Numbered from the stretch's first letter, positions 38,029 to 48,771 are shown. The stretch is DNA of 64,000 nt from an uncultured Bacteroidales bacterium (GCA_963757935.1 CAVWSZ010000016.1:206321-270320), one strand, 5' to 3'. Notes: generated by a model not told the origin, from the letters alone. Made by a program: numbers and translations.

Positions 38029-39939
38029 TCAGCCGAGTTTCATATTCTCGACTTCTTCCATATTCCGTTCGTTGTAGACAATTTTACCCATCGGCGTGTA
38101 AAGCCACTCGATGAGGTCGCCGTATTTCTCGATGATCTTTCCCCTGACCACCTTCATGGTTGAATTCATCATCCCGTTCTCCTCGTTGAAGCTCTCGTTC
38201 AGCACGCCGATTGCCACCGGCAGCCACCTGTGAGGAAACATTGATCCGTATTTCCCGTTGATCCGGTATTCATTTACCTCGCTCTCCAGCAGGTTGAGGA
38301 TTATTCTCTTCCCGTCCTCGGTCGATGCTGAAATATTCCTTTCCTCGAGATACAATTTAAGGGCATGCTGGTTCGGAACTATCAAAGCAACAGTGTACGG
38401 TCTCTGGTTGTTGTAGAGCATGCATTGATCAATAAATTTAGACTGTTCGCTCACGGCCTCCTCTATTCCTTCAGGACTGAATTTCTCACCGTCGTCGGCG
38501 ATCAGCAGGCTCTTGAACCGGCCCATGACGTACAGGAAACCGTTGCTCATATAGCCCATATCGCCTGTGTAAAGCCACCCGTCGCGCAGGGCTTCAGCAG
38601 TGGCTGTCTCATTTTTCCAGTATCCGTGCATCACATTTCCTCCCCTGATTACAATTTCACCCTTTTGACCCTCGGGCAGACTTTCACCCTTGTCATCACA
38701 TATTTTAAGCTCCATATTATTCACCAGGTAACCGGAGGAACCGAGCACATGACGTGAAAGTGAATTTGACGAAATTATCGGAGATGCTTCTGAAAGTCCG
38801 TAACCCTGGAACATAGGCACCCCGATAGCATAGAAGAAGCGCTGGAGTTCGATGTCAAGCAATGCTCCGCCGCCAATGAAGAATTCAAGTTCTCCGCCGA
38901 ACGATTCACGGATCTTTGAGAAAAGTATTTTGTCGAACATCCTGAGGAAAGGTTTATTGAGCTTTTGCAGCCCCTGACCCTTATTGTAGCCTTCCTTATT
39001 GTAGGAATAAGCCATCCTCATGGCTGTATTAAACAGTGTTTCAGTCACTTTGCCTTTTTCCTTGATGCCCTTCTCGATATTCTTCCTGAAGTTTTTGGCC
39101 AGTGCAGGCACGCTCATAAGCAGGTTCGGTCTGATTTCCTTCATGCAGATCGGAATATTGCGCAGACTTTCCATGGGTGTCTTTCCGATTTTTACGGAAG
39201 CAATGCTGGCTCCCTTACCCATGAATGCATATATTCCGGCTGTATGCGCAAAAGAGTGGTCCCAGGGAAGTATAAGCAGCGTCTTAAAGTGCTGCGGGAT
39301 ATCCATCAGACTGTACGACTGGTAAACGTTTGTGACATAATTGCCGTGACTCAGGATGATTCCCTTCGGATCGGCAGTGGTGCCTGATGTGTAGCATATA
39401 TTGGCGAAATCAGCCGGTTTGATGCCTCTTATAAACTCTTCGAATGCTGATCTGCTGGCGGGGTTTTCAAGCCACTCTCTTCCGGTCTTGCGTACCTCGT
39501 TGAAGTGTATTTCACTGTCCGAGTATTCTTCGCGCGGGTCCATGAAAATTACCCTGGTTATTCCCGGACACTGATCGATAACTGCCCTTATCTTTTCGCT
39601 CTGTCCGCTGGAAGTAATAACCATCTTTGATTCAGAGTGGTTAATACGGAATTTTATCTCTTCGGGGTTGAGCTTGACTGACAGAGGTACATTTATGGCC
39701 CCGGCATACAGAATTCCAAGTTCCCCGATTACCCAGCTGTTCCTTCCTTCGGACAGAAGAGCGACCCGGTCTCCCTTTCTGACCCCCATCTGCATAAGAC
39801 CGGCGGCAAACTCATGCACCTGATGCCTTACTTCCTGGTATGTAGTGCCTTCATATTTGTCCTGCGGCTTCTCCCACAGATATATGTTTGTTGAGTACTT
39901 TTCAACATTTTCCTCGAAGAACTGAATTAATGATTTCAT
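38029..39939 (-). CDS. Long-chain fatty acid--CoA ligase (AMP-binding)
   Basis: 636 aa with the AMP-binding motif YTSGTTADPKGIILSHGNY, plus later GYGLSE and YTGDMG blocks. Confidence 0.85.
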   Translation of the reverse strand: MKSLIQFFEENVEKYSTNIYLWEKPQDKYEGTTYQEVRHQVHEFAAGLMQMGVRKGDRVALLSEGRNSWVIGELGILYAGAINVPLSVKLNPEEIKFRINHSESKMVITSSGQSEKIRAVIDQCPGITRVIFMDPREEYSDSEIHFNEVRKTGREWLENPASRSAFEEFIRGIKPADFANICYTSGTTADPKGIILSHGNYVTNVYQSYSLMDIPQHFKTLLILPWDHSFAHTAGIYAFMGKGASIASVKIGKTPMESLRNIPICMKEIRPNLLMSVPALAKNFRKNIEKGIKEKGKVTETLFNTAMRMAYSYNKEGYNKGQGLQKLNKPFLRMFDKILFSKIRESFGGELEFFIGGGALLDIELQRFFYAIGVPMFQGYGLSEASPIISSNSLSRHVLGSSGYLVNNMELKICDDKGESLPEGQKGEIVIRGGNVMHGYWKNETATAEALRDGWLYTGDMGYMSNGFLYVMGRFKSLLIADDGEKFSPEGIEEAVSEQSKFIDQCMLYNNQRPYTVALIVPNQHALKLYLEERNISASTEDGKRIILNLLESEVNEYRINGKYGSMFPHRWLPVAIGVLNESFNEENGMMNSTMKVVRGKIIEKYGDLIEWLYTPMGKIVYNERNMEEVENMKLG

Positions 39940-40081
39940 GGTGCTTCCCTATAAATTTATTTTTTGGCAAACTAATATAGGAAAGAATTGAATCAATATG
40001 GCATTGAATATCAGATTTTCATTGGAATTGTGTTCATAAGATTGTATCTTTATAAACTGAAACCTCTATAAGCTGTTATAT

Positions 40082-40561
40082 ATGAAGAGATTAATCATGG
40101 TATTGATGGCCGCACTGCTGCTTCTGACACCCTCATGCAAGTTCATAGAAAGCATTAATCCGTTTGGGAGAAAGGCCAGGGCTACGGAGGCACTGCAGAA
40201 GCAACAGGAGGCATTTCGTGTTGCTGACTCGATAAAGGTGGCTGCACAGAAGGTTGAAGAAGAGAAGGCGAGACAGGCAGAACTCGAAAGAGTGGCCGCT
40301 GAGGAGCAGGCCAGGCTGGCTGCTGAATCAACTTCAAAGTACCATATTATCGTGGGTAGCTTCCTGAATCGCGCCTATGCAGCTTCATGGTCAGACCATT
40401 GCAGTGAAATGGGATACGATACAAAGATCATTGAATGGAATGATGGACGCTGGAACCTTGTCTCTGCCAAGTCATTCGCGACTTTGCGCGGTGCCTATAA
40501 TGAACTGCCGGCTTTCATGGCCAGTTTTGACATGCAGGCCTGGGTTCTTACAGGCAGGTAA
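40082..40561 (+). CDS. SPOR-domain lipoprotein
   Basis: Lipobox LLLLTPSC, then a charged coiled segment, then a C-terminal SPOR-like fold (YHIIVGSFLNRAYAASWSDHCSEMGYDTKIIEWNDGRWNLVSAKSF). Confidence 0.7.
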   Translation: MKRLIMVLMAALLLLTPSCKFIESINPFGRKARATEALQKQQEAFRVADSIKVAAQKVEEEKARQAELERVAAEEQARLAAESTSKYHIIVGSFLNRAYAASWSDHCSEMGYDTKIIEWNDGRWNLVSAKSFATLRGAYNELPAFMASFDMQAWVLTGR

Positions 40562-40563
40562 AA

Positions 40564-41826
40564 TCACCGGTACACAGTTGCCGATCTGTCGGGCCCCACT
40601 GAAACAATGGTTACGGGTACTCCTGTCTCCTGTTCGATGAATTCAATGTAAGATGAGAGCCCTGAAGGCAGCTCATCCCACTTCTTGCAGCCGGTTATCT
40701 CACAGTTCCATCCCGGCATTGATTTGTAGATTATTTTGTCAATATCAGACAGACAGTAAGGCAATTCTGTCATTTCTTTCCCTGCAACAGTATATGCGGT
40801 GCAGACCTTGATTTCGTCGAAACCTGACAGGACATCGGCTTTCATCATGAAGAGCTGCGTAACGCCGTTAACCATAATCGCATACTTCAAAGCAGGCAGG
40901 TCAAGCCATCCGCAGCGGCGGGGCCTGCCGGTTGTCGAGCCGTATTCATTGCCACGGTCCCGCATTTTCTGACCATCTTCATCATTGAGTTCCGTTGGAA
41001 AAGGGCCGCTCCCGACACGGGTACAGTAAGCCTTGAAAATGCCGAAGACCTCACCTGTTCTTCCGGGGGCAACACCAAGCCCGGTGCAGGCACCTGCGGC
41101 TACAGTGTTTGAGGAGGTGACAAACGGATAGGTTCCGAAATCGATGTCAAGCATAGTACCCTGCGCTCCTTCAGCCAGAACCCGTTTACCCTCACTCAGG
41201 CTCCTGTCGATCAGGTACTCACTGTTAACCATTGTAAACTGTCTGAGAAATTCTATTGCATCAAACCATTCTGCCTCAAGCTCAGACAGGTTCAGACCTG
41301 ACTCGAAGTTTCCCAGTCTTTTTTGGTGTTCGGCTGTGTGGGTATCATATATTTCCCTGAAATTCTTCTTCAGGATATCACCTACACGCAGACCGTTGCG
41401 TGAGGCCTTGTCTGTGTAGGCAGGGCCAATACCGCGGAGAGTGGAGCCGATTTTCGATGTGCCGAGTGAAGATTCACTGGCGGCGTCAAGCATCTTGTGG
41501 GTCGGCAGAATCAGGTGCGCCTTGAACGAGATCACAAGCCTCTCACGTACCTTTTCAACTGCGATACCGAGATCATTGACCTCTTTCCGGAACACCACGG
41601 GATCAAGAACCACCCCGTTGCCAATTACATTTATCTTTCCCTCATGGAAAATCCCCGAAGGTACAAGATGGAGTACATGCTTCTGTTTATTGAATTCGAT
41701 TGTATGACCTGCGTTTGGTCCGCCCTGAAACCGGGCTACAACTTCATATTCATGACTCAATGCATCAACTATCTTCCCTTTTCCTTCATCACCCCACTGG
41801 AGTCCTAACAATATGTCAATCTTCAT
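40564..41826 (-). CDS. purA: Adenylosuccinate synthase
   Basis: 420 aa. N-terminus: LLGLQWGDEGKGKIVDAL. Also GIGPAYTDKASR and the GTTGRPRRCGWLD block. Confidence 0.95.
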   Translation of the reverse strand: MKIDILLGLQWGDEGKGKIVDALSHEYEVVARFQGGPNAGHTIEFNKQKHVLHLVPSGIFHEGKINVIGNGVVLDPVVFRKEVNDLGIAVEKVRERLVISFKAHLILPTHKMLDAASESSLGTSKIGSTLRGIGPAYTDKASRNGLRVGDILKKNFREIYDTHTAEHQKRLGNFESGLNLSELEAEWFDAIEFLRQFTMVNSEYLIDRSLSEGKRVLAEGAQGTMLDIDFGTYPFVTSSNTVAAGACTGLGVAPGRTGEVFGIFKAYCTRVGSGPFPTELNDEDGQKMRDRGNEYGSTTGRPRRCGWLDLPALKYAIMVNGVTQLFMMKADVLSGFDEIKVCTAYTVAGKEMTELPYCLSDIDKIIYKSMPGWNCEITGCKKWDELPSGLSSYIEFIEQETGVPVTIVSVGPDRSATVYR

Positions 41827-41905
41827 ATTAGATAATCCTGATCTGGTTGAAAATCAGACAGCAATTTACGCATTATTTTATGGCAAAATCTCGCGGTGCG
41901 CATAA

Positions 41906-42358
41906 TTAAGCTTTATTGATTCTGTCTTTTTTTACCCCGTAAATATACAGGGAATGATACAGCGGAATGAAATTGTTGTTTTCTCCGGCTGTCTTGATAA
42001 TCTCATCAATCCTGGGATCACTGAACTCAATTACATTTCCTGTATCCGTATCGATGAGATGATCATGCCGTGCGGACTGGTATGCTTTTTCATACTGCGC
42101 CATGCTGCGGCCGAACTTGTGCTTGATGACCAGCTTACAGTCAATGAGGAGCTCAATTGTATTATACAGGGTCGCCCTTGAGACACGGTAATTCTTGGTT
42201 TTCATAAAAATGTAGAGCGATTCGATATCGAAGTGTCCCTCCCTGCAGTATATCTCATCGAGAATTGCAAACCTCTCCGGTGTTTTGCGGAAGGCGTGCC
42301 TTGTCAGATATTCGGTAAAGACCTGTCTGACTGTTGCCCTGACATCATCATTAGCCAT
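41906..42358 (-). CDS. fur: Fur-family transcriptional repressor
   Basis: 150 aa with a winged-helix region ([14 protein letters not shown]...[15 protein letters not shown]) and His-rich dimerisation/metal-site residues. Confidence 0.8.
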   Translation of the reverse strand: MANDDVRATVRQVFTEYLTRHAFRKTPERFAILDEIYCREGHFDIESLYIFMKTKNYRVSRATLYNTIELLIDCKLVIKHKFGRSMAQYEKAYQSARHDHLIDTDTGNVIEFSDPRIDEIIKTAGENNNFIPLYHSLYIYGVKKDRINKA

Positions 42359-42399
42359 TTTTACGGCATTTATTGATCCAAATTATTGTTCGTTCACTC

Positions 42400-44664
42400 T
42401 TACTCAATGAATTCTTCAACTCTTTTTACACTCGCTACACCCCTGACATTGGAAAGCTGCATCAGCAGGTTGTTAAGGTCACTTGTATGATGCACATAGA
42501 GGTCAATTGTGCCTTCGAATATTCCGTTGTAAACCGAGACGTTGATGTTGCGGATGTTTACACTCAGCTCTGTTGAAATAATGCTGGTGATCTCATTCAC
42601 CATCCCGATTCTGTCTATTCCGTTTATGCTGATCCTGGCAAGAAATGATGCCAGCCTGTGAATTGTCCATCTGACGGGTATAATCCTGTTGCCTTCATTT
42701 GACATAAATCTTATTGCATTCGGGCATTTCGGCTTGTGCACGACAATCGAGCTGTCAGGCGCCATATAACCGATAACCTCATCTCCGGGGATGGGATTGC
42801 AGCACTCTGCAATCACATAGGAGTTGCCGGTGTTGTCCACATTCTCCCTGAGCAGATATGGATGACTTTTATCGATAGGAGCAGGCGATTCGGCCTCCGG
42901 CTTCACAGGTCCGGACCGCTTGGTAACCCCTCCGATAGCCAGCTTCCAGTACTTCTTCAGGCTTCCTTCAGGCGCTTTTTTGAGAACCTTGCGCAGTTCG
43001 TCGAGATTGATCACCCCCAGGCCGATCCTGGAATACAACTCATCTTTGCTGAGAACCTGGTAATTATCAAGCAGTTTTTTAATGATGTCCGAGTTAGGTA
43101 CTACACCCAGTTCGCCGAGCCTCTGCTCCAGCAGATCCATGCCCTTCTGGATGAGATCTTTAGACTCATCTTTAAGAATATCTTTTATTGCTCCCTTTGC
43201 TCTCGAGGTATGTGCATATTCGAGCCATTCCTTCTCAGGTTTTGCAATGCTTGAGGTGATTATTTCCACCTGGTCGCCGCTCTGCAAAGTGGTTGAGAGC
43301 GGAGAGAGCTTATAATTTACCTTGGCTCCGATGGCCTTATTACCAACATCCGTATGGATGGCATACGCAAAATCAAGGGCTGAAGCACCCTTGGGCAGAT
43401 TCACGAGCAGACCTTTGGGAGTAAAGACCATTATCTCCGATGAAAAGAGGCTCATCTTGAAATCATCAAGAAAGGAGACCGGATCAGCCATGGGGTTGGC
43501 AAGCATTTCGCGGATATGTTTGAGCCACTTGTCGAGTTCGCTCTCTGACTGGGAGGTGTCACCCTTGTATTTCCAGTGAGCTGCAAAGCCCCTTTCTGCA
43601 ATGTCATCCATTCTCTGGCTGCGAATCTGCACCTCTACCCAGCGGCCACCCGGACCCATTACTGTAAGGTGAAGTGCTTCGTAACCGTTGGGTTTGGGTC
43701 TGCTCACCCAGTCACGCAGCCTGTCAGGTTTTGGGGTATATATGTCCGTTATGAGCGAATATATCTGCCAGCACTGGGTTCTCTCGCTGACGTCCTCCGG
43801 CCCCGGCTCGAAAACGATACGGACAGCTAGCAGGTCAAAAACCTCCTCGAAGGGTACGTTTTTCGACTGCATCTTCTTCCAGATGGAATAGATGGATTTA
43901 AATCGTCCTGAAATGTCGAAGACAATGTTGTTCAGATTCAGTTTGTCAATTATCGGAAGGCTGAACCTGTTTATGAGTGCAATGTTCTTTTTCTCATCCA
44001 GCTTAATCTTGCGGGCAATTTCCTCATATATACGGGGATGCCTGAATTTAAAGCTCAGATCCTCAAGCTCGGTCTTTATAGCGAAGAGTCCGAGCCGGTG
44101 CGCCAGCGGTGCATAAAGGTAGATGGTCTCCCCGGCAACTTTCATCCTCTTGTGCTCGGGCATAGACTCGAGGGTCCGCATGTTGTGAAGCCTGTCAGCG
44201 ATCTTTATAAGAATGACCCTGATATCATCTGAGAGGGTCATCAGCATCTTCCGGAAATTCTCAGCCTGCATCGAGTTGGCCTCTTTGCTGTAAGTCCCCG
44301 AGATCTTCGTCAGCCCGTCAATGAGGGTGGCTATCTTTGGTCCGAACTCCTTCTCAACCGTTTCGAGAGTCACATCAGTGTCCTCCACAACGTCATGCAT
44401 CAGTGCAGCTGCCACTGACTTGGCTCCCAGGCCTATCTCCTGGTTTACAATCCGTGCCACACTGATAGGATGAATAATATACGGGTCACCGGAGTTGCGC
44501 CGCATGTCCCGGTGCGCTTCGTTTGCAAACCTGAATGCCTTGTCAATGAGAACCCTGTCGCTGGGCTTATCACACCTGTAAAGACTGTCTGTCAGTGATT
44601 TGTACTCGGCTTCAATCCGGCTGATATCCTCTTCTGTGAAAATTTTCGTCTTTGTTTTGCCCAT
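42400..44664 (-). CDS. Bifunctional (p)ppGpp synthetase/hydrolase, RelA/SpoT family
   Basis: 754 aa. It has the HD hydrolase motif (ALMHDVVEDT), a synthetase domain (ALHLTVMGPGGRWVEVQIRSQRMD) and TGS and ACT-like C-terminal domains. Confidence 0.9.
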   Translation of the reverse strand: MGKTKTKIFTEEDISRIEAEYKSLTDSLYRCDKPSDRVLIDKAFRFANEAHRDMRRNSGDPYIIHPISVARIVNQEIGLGAKSVAAALMHDVVEDTDVTLETVEKEFGPKIATLIDGLTKISGTYSKEANSMQAENFRKMLMTLSDDIRVILIKIADRLHNMRTLESMPEHKRMKVAGETIYLYAPLAHRLGLFAIKTELEDLSFKFRHPRIYEEIARKIKLDEKKNIALINRFSLPIIDKLNLNNIVFDISGRFKSIYSIWKKMQSKNVPFEEVFDLLAVRIVFEPGPEDVSERTQCWQIYSLITDIYTPKPDRLRDWVSRPKPNGYEALHLTVMGPGGRWVEVQIRSQRMDDIAERGFAAHWKYKGDTSQSESELDKWLKHIREMLANPMADPVSFLDDFKMSLFSSEIMVFTPKGLLVNLPKGASALDFAYAIHTDVGNKAIGAKVNYKLSPLSTTLQSGDQVEIITSSIAKPEKEWLEYAHTSRAKGAIKDILKDESKDLIQKGMDLLEQRLGELGVVPNSDIIKKLLDNYQVLSKDELYSRIGLGVINLDELRKVLKKAPEGSLKKYWKLAIGGVTKRSGPVKPEAESPAPIDKSHPYLLRENVDNTGNSYVIAECCNPIPGDEVIGYMAPDSSIVVHKPKCPNAIRFMSNEGNRIIPVRWTIHRLASFLARISINGIDRIGMVNEITSIISTELSVNIRNINVSVYNGIFEGTIDLYVHHTSDLNNLLMQLSNVRGVASVKRVEEFIE

Positions 44665-44689
44665 CAGTCCCTCAGGTGATTGGAAGAGT

Positions 44690-44697
44690 CAAAGATA
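44690..44697 (-). promoter_or_regulatory. TAnnTTTG -7 motif on the minus strand (TATCTTTG)
   Basis: The plus strand reads CAAAGATA, 26 nt upstream of the relA/spoT ATG at 44664. Confidence 0.35.
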
Positions 44698-44729
44698 CAA
44701 AAATCGGGCTTAAAAACTGCACCTGTAAA

Positions 44730-46193
44730 TCATTGCAGAATGGTAACAGTACCGTTCCGTCGCTCGGTAATTCCTGAAGGTTTTGTAAGAGTGAGTGTCC
44801 ATAGGTATGCGCCGGCAGGCAGCGGTGTGCCGTTGTGGCGGCCGTCCCACCCCGTGCCGTGGGCGGATGTGCGGAAAAGAAGCACCCCGAGTCGGTTGAA
44901 GACCCTGAACTCGTATGTGAGCGGGGTGAAGGAGAGCACGGGGGCGAAGGTGTCATTGAGGCCGTCACCGTCAGGGGTGAAGGCGTTGGCAACATAAATG
45001 TTCTCCGCAACCCTGACCGCCGCCGCTGACGAACGGCACACCGTTATGCCTGCCGGCGCATCATCCCCCACAGCTGTCACATAATATATCACTTCACCTG
45101 TGGAAACTTCATATGCAAAACTCCTTAAATCTTCAGTCCAGAGGGTGTCAGACAACTCCCGGGCAATCTCCTCAGGACCGCTGCCTGTATTCCTCCACAC
45201 CGAGAACTGTGCCGGTGCGGAAGGAAAGGGATTGTTCCACCTCAGAGCCACTTCCGTTCCATCCTGAAAGACTGAAAGAACAATGTTCCTTACCGGCGCC
45301 GAGACAGCAACCGGGTAGCCACAACTGCTCACCGCCGATAACCTGAAAAGGTTTATAAGCGTTGTGTCAGCACTGCTGTCACTTATTATTACTGTTCCGC
45401 CACTCCCCGAAACCGGGTCAGAGAGGATCCATGACCCGGAGGCTCCTGTCTTTCGTTCAGACCTGAATGTGTGAATGTCGGAAGAAGGGTCGTAACTGCC
45501 TGTAATTATTATCTTCCCGTCAGTAACCGCAGTCGCTTCCGCAATAGTCCAGGCGGGAGCCCCTTCACTGCCCGTAACGAGACACTGCCTGTTTGAGGTC
45601 GAAAGCTGTACGGTTCCGCTCAATGCTGATATATACAGACAGTATCCGGTGTCAGGTATATATCCCTGCAAAATATAGGACACTGAGGTCACCGGTACCG
45701 TACCGTGCAGAACTGCAGGGGCATTGTCAACAGAAAGGTAAATGCCGTATCCGTCGGCCGGATGTGCTGTATTGGAGTAAGGTGTCCATGTCATCACAAT
45801 ACGGCCGTTGCACGTATCATTTACAGCTTCGAGATACATTGTACTGAGACTGTTGCTGAGCGGACTGATATTCAATGAAGAATCCATCGCGGCAACTACG
45901 TAAGTAACACTCCGGTACCTTGCTGCAGAACCTGTATGGGTATAGTTTACAGCAAAGGGAGACCAGAGCGTGTCAACGGCAAATGCGGTGTTGTTGCTGA
46001 AGGCATAAACCACGTAACTGCCAACATCCGGTGAGCCGCCGGGAAGCCAGTTCAGTACTGCAAATCCTGTTGAGGGGTCAACTGATACCCTGTCGAGCAC
46101 CGGAGGCAGCGGTTGCGTGACATCCTGTCCCTTAAGACTTGAAAGAGTTAAGGAACAAAATGCAAATGTCAGTATGATCCTGCAAAATTTCAT
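44730..46193 (-). CDS. Secreted protein with a T9SS type-B sorting (gliding-motility C-terminal) domain
   Basis: 487 aa. Signal peptide: MKFCRIILTFAFCSLTLSSLKG. The C-terminus reads NAFTPDGDGLNDTFAPV...FRVFNRLGVLLF...GWDGRHNGTPLPAGAYLWTLT. The start overlaps the upstream stop (ATGA). Confidence 0.8.
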   Translation of the reverse strand: MKFCRIILTFAFCSLTLSSLKGQDVTQPLPPVLDRVSVDPSTGFAVLNWLPGGSPDVGSYVVYAFSNNTAFAVDTLWSPFAVNYTHTGSAARYRSVTYVVAAMDSSLNISPLSNSLSTMYLEAVNDTCNGRIVMTWTPYSNTAHPADGYGIYLSVDNAPAVLHGTVPVTSVSYILQGYIPDTGYCLYISALSGTVQLSTSNRQCLVTGSEGAPAWTIAEATAVTDGKIIITGSYDPSSDIHTFRSERKTGASGSWILSDPVSGSGGTVIISDSSADTTLINLFRLSAVSSCGYPVAVSAPVRNIVLSVFQDGTEVALRWNNPFPSAPAQFSVWRNTGSGPEEIARELSDTLWTEDLRSFAYEVSTGEVIYYVTAVGDDAPAGITVCRSSAAAVRVAENIYVANAFTPDGDGLNDTFAPVLSFTPLTYEFRVFNRLGVLLFRTSAHGTGWDGRHNGTPLPAGAYLWTLTLTKPSGITERRNGTVTILQ

Positions 46194-47475
46194 TTTGCTC
46201 CTGCAATGATCTCTATGGCATTGTCAGTATTGTAATACGTTGCCACCAGGTCCTTTATTTCACCGGGCGTTATGGTTTTTACTTTTTCTTCAAATCTCCT
46301 GTAATAGTCCGGATCCGGTCCGTAATCAATAAGTCCTCTTATTGCCTCAGCAGATGCAAAGGGGCCGTCAAAGGTTCTTGCTATCTCACCCATGATATGG
46401 TTTCGCACGGTCAGAAGTTCGTCAATACCCACTTCAACAGTAGCCAGTTCTGTGATCTCCCTGCGTATCTCTTCCAGTGTCTGCTCGCGGTATTCATTTG
46501 CCACTTCGGTGACAACTGCTATAAATCCTATATCCCGAAGGGCGCCTGACACGGAGCTTATACCATATGTATAACCCTTTTCTTCCCTGATATTGCGCAT
46601 CAGCCTCGATCCGAAGTAGCCTCCCAGTATGACATTCGCCACCTGCAGCCCCTGGTAGTCGGGATGTTGCCTCGTTATGCCCCTCCATCCGACCCTGACA
46701 GCGCTTTGAACCGAGTTGCTGACTTCGAAGAACAACCGGCCGGGTGATGCCGTTTTGAAGATGATTTCAGGAAAAACCGGATTGTTCCACTTTTCTTCAC
46801 CCTGCACGAAAAATATTTCTCAAGTTCAGGCAAAGCCTTCTCCGGATCTTTGCCTGCAACTGTAATGTACATGTTGGAAGGCCTGTAATGAAGTGAATGG
46901 AACTGACGTGCATCTTCCAGGGTAAGCGATGTGTAATCTTCAGGAACAGTTACCCTTCCGTATGGATTGTCACCGCCGAAGATCGCCCTGTAGAATTCTT
47001 CCCTTGCGATAACTGATGTCTTCTGCCTGTTAGTCCGGAAGCTCTGTATCCTCTTTTCCATCAGCATCCTGAATTCGGTGGCGGGAAATGAGGGCTGAAA
47101 AAGTACCTCGGCTGCGAGTGCCATGACTTCACCCAGTTTCCTTGTCAGGGTCACCGCAATGAGACAGGCGGTATCCTTGTCGGCCATATGCGTGAATGCT
47201 GCACCGGTCCTGTCGATGAGGTCATTGATTGACATGGCATCGTGAACGATAGTGCCCTCGGTCAGCATTGCATTCGCAGTGGAGGCTGCCAGATGCACCT
47301 CTTCCATGCGCTGGCCTGCGTTGAACACGAACTCAACCCGCAGCAGGTCAAGTGTTCCTGTGCCGAGAAGATAAACGGGTACTCCGCCGGTAAGCTCATG
47401 TATGGCAGGAACAGGAAAACTGCCGGCTGACGGGGTAATAATCTCAGGAGGTACGGTTCTGTCAACTTTGCTCAT
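46190..47475 (-). pseudogene. M16-family peptidase, non-catalytic partner subunit, 1 frameshift as sequenced
   Basis: ORF 46675-47475 (N-terminal half, no HxxEH motif) and ORF 46190-46807 (C-terminal half) join at the AAAAA run at 46809-46813 (...LEKYF / VQGEEKWNNPVFPE...). Confidence 0.75.
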
Positions 47476-48713
47476 AACGTTTCCGGTAAGTAGTGGATTA
47501 CACTGCAGTTGCTTTCAGCGAAGGTTCGTGCGGAGCATTCCATTATCTCCTCCGCGGTAACACTCATATACTTTTCTTTCTCGGTGTTTATGCCGTTTGC
47601 ATCTCCCAGAAGCTCGTTGTAGGCCAGATTAAATGCCTTGTTACCGGCGTTAAGGAATGACATCAGCTGGTGCGATTCGTACCTGTTACGCGCCTTGTCA
47701 AGTTCAGCGGCAGTGACCTGTTCTCCTGCCACCCTGTTCAGCTCATCCCTGACAGCCTTCTCCGCTGTTCTTATATCCACACCCTCCTTTAACCTTCCGG
47801 AGACTATCGCAAGCCCTGGGTCGATTTCCGCTGAAAGATAGATGTCTGCCTCGCTGAATATCTCCTTTTCCCTTACAAGGATACCCGGGAAGCGCCCTGA
47901 GTCGCAGCCGGAGAGTATGTCGGTAAGAAGATCCAGGATATAAAAGTCGCGACTGGTTCTGCCTCCTGTATGAAATGCCATCAGAAGCTCTGCCGAAGGA
48001 ACCCTGCGCTGAACCGTCATTTCTCTCCTTGCATCCTGAACCGGCTCTCCGGGAAGATTACGCATGTGCGGAGTCCCCGGAGCGATATCATCAAACCATT
48101 TTTCTGCCATCCGGAAAACAGTTTCAGGCTTTACATTTCCGGCTGTGCTGAGTATTGCATTCGAAGGCCTGTAATGTCTCCTGAAAAAATCCGTAACGCT
48201 TTTCCTGTCTGCATTCTGAATATGTGCGATGTCTTTGCCTATTGTCGGCCATTGATAAGGATGAATTTTGTATGCCAACGGCCTGAGAAGCAGGAAGAGG
48301 TCGCCGTAAGGCTGGTTGAGGTATCTTTGCCTGTATTCCTCAGTCACAACGCTTTTCTGTGTCTTCAGTTTTTCATCTGAAAGGTCAGGCCCGTTAAGCC
48401 TGTCGGACTCAAGCCAAAGCGCAGTCTCCAGGTTTCCGGCAGGAAGTGTAATGAAGTAATTCGTGATGTCACTGTTTGTAAATGCATTGTTCTCACCCCC
48501 GGCGAGCATGACAGGAGTATCGAAGACAGGCACATTATCTGAGCCTTCGAACATCAGATGTTCAAAGAGATGGGCAAAACCGGTCGCTTCAGGATCTTCA
48601 TCCCTCGATCCCACATTGTAAAGAAGATTGGTAGTGACCATAGGGGTGGATGGATCATAATGCGCCAGAACCTTAAGCCCGTTTGACAGGATATGTTTTT
48701 CAAAGTTGATCAT
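47472..48713 (-). CDS. M16-family zinc peptidase (pitrilysin/insulinase type, catalytic)
   Basis: 413 aa with the inverted zinc motif GFAHLFEHLMFEGS (HxxEH). Confidence 0.85.
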   Translation of the reverse strand: MINFEKHILSNGLKVLAHYDPSTPMVTTNLLYNVGSRDEDPEATGFAHLFEHLMFEGSDNVPVFDTPVMLAGGENNAFTNSDITNYFITLPAGNLETALWLESDRLNGPDLSDEKLKTQKSVVTEEYRQRYLNQPYGDLFLLLRPLAYKIHPYQWPTIGKDIAHIQNADRKSVTDFFRRHYRPSNAILSTAGNVKPETVFRMAEKWFDDIAPGTPHMRNLPGEPVQDARREMTVQRRVPSAELLMAFHTGGRTSRDFYILDLLTDILSGCDSGRFPGILVREKEIFSEADIYLSAEIDPGLAIVSGRLKEGVDIRTAEKAVRDELNRVAGEQVTAAELDKARNRYESHQLMSFLNAGNKAFNLAYNELLGDANGINTEKEKYMSVTAEEIMECSARTFAESNCSVIHYLPETL

Positions 48714-48771
48714 GAAAATACATTTTTCAGTAACCGGCAGGTTAAACGGTAACAGTTGCCGGAATTCCCGT

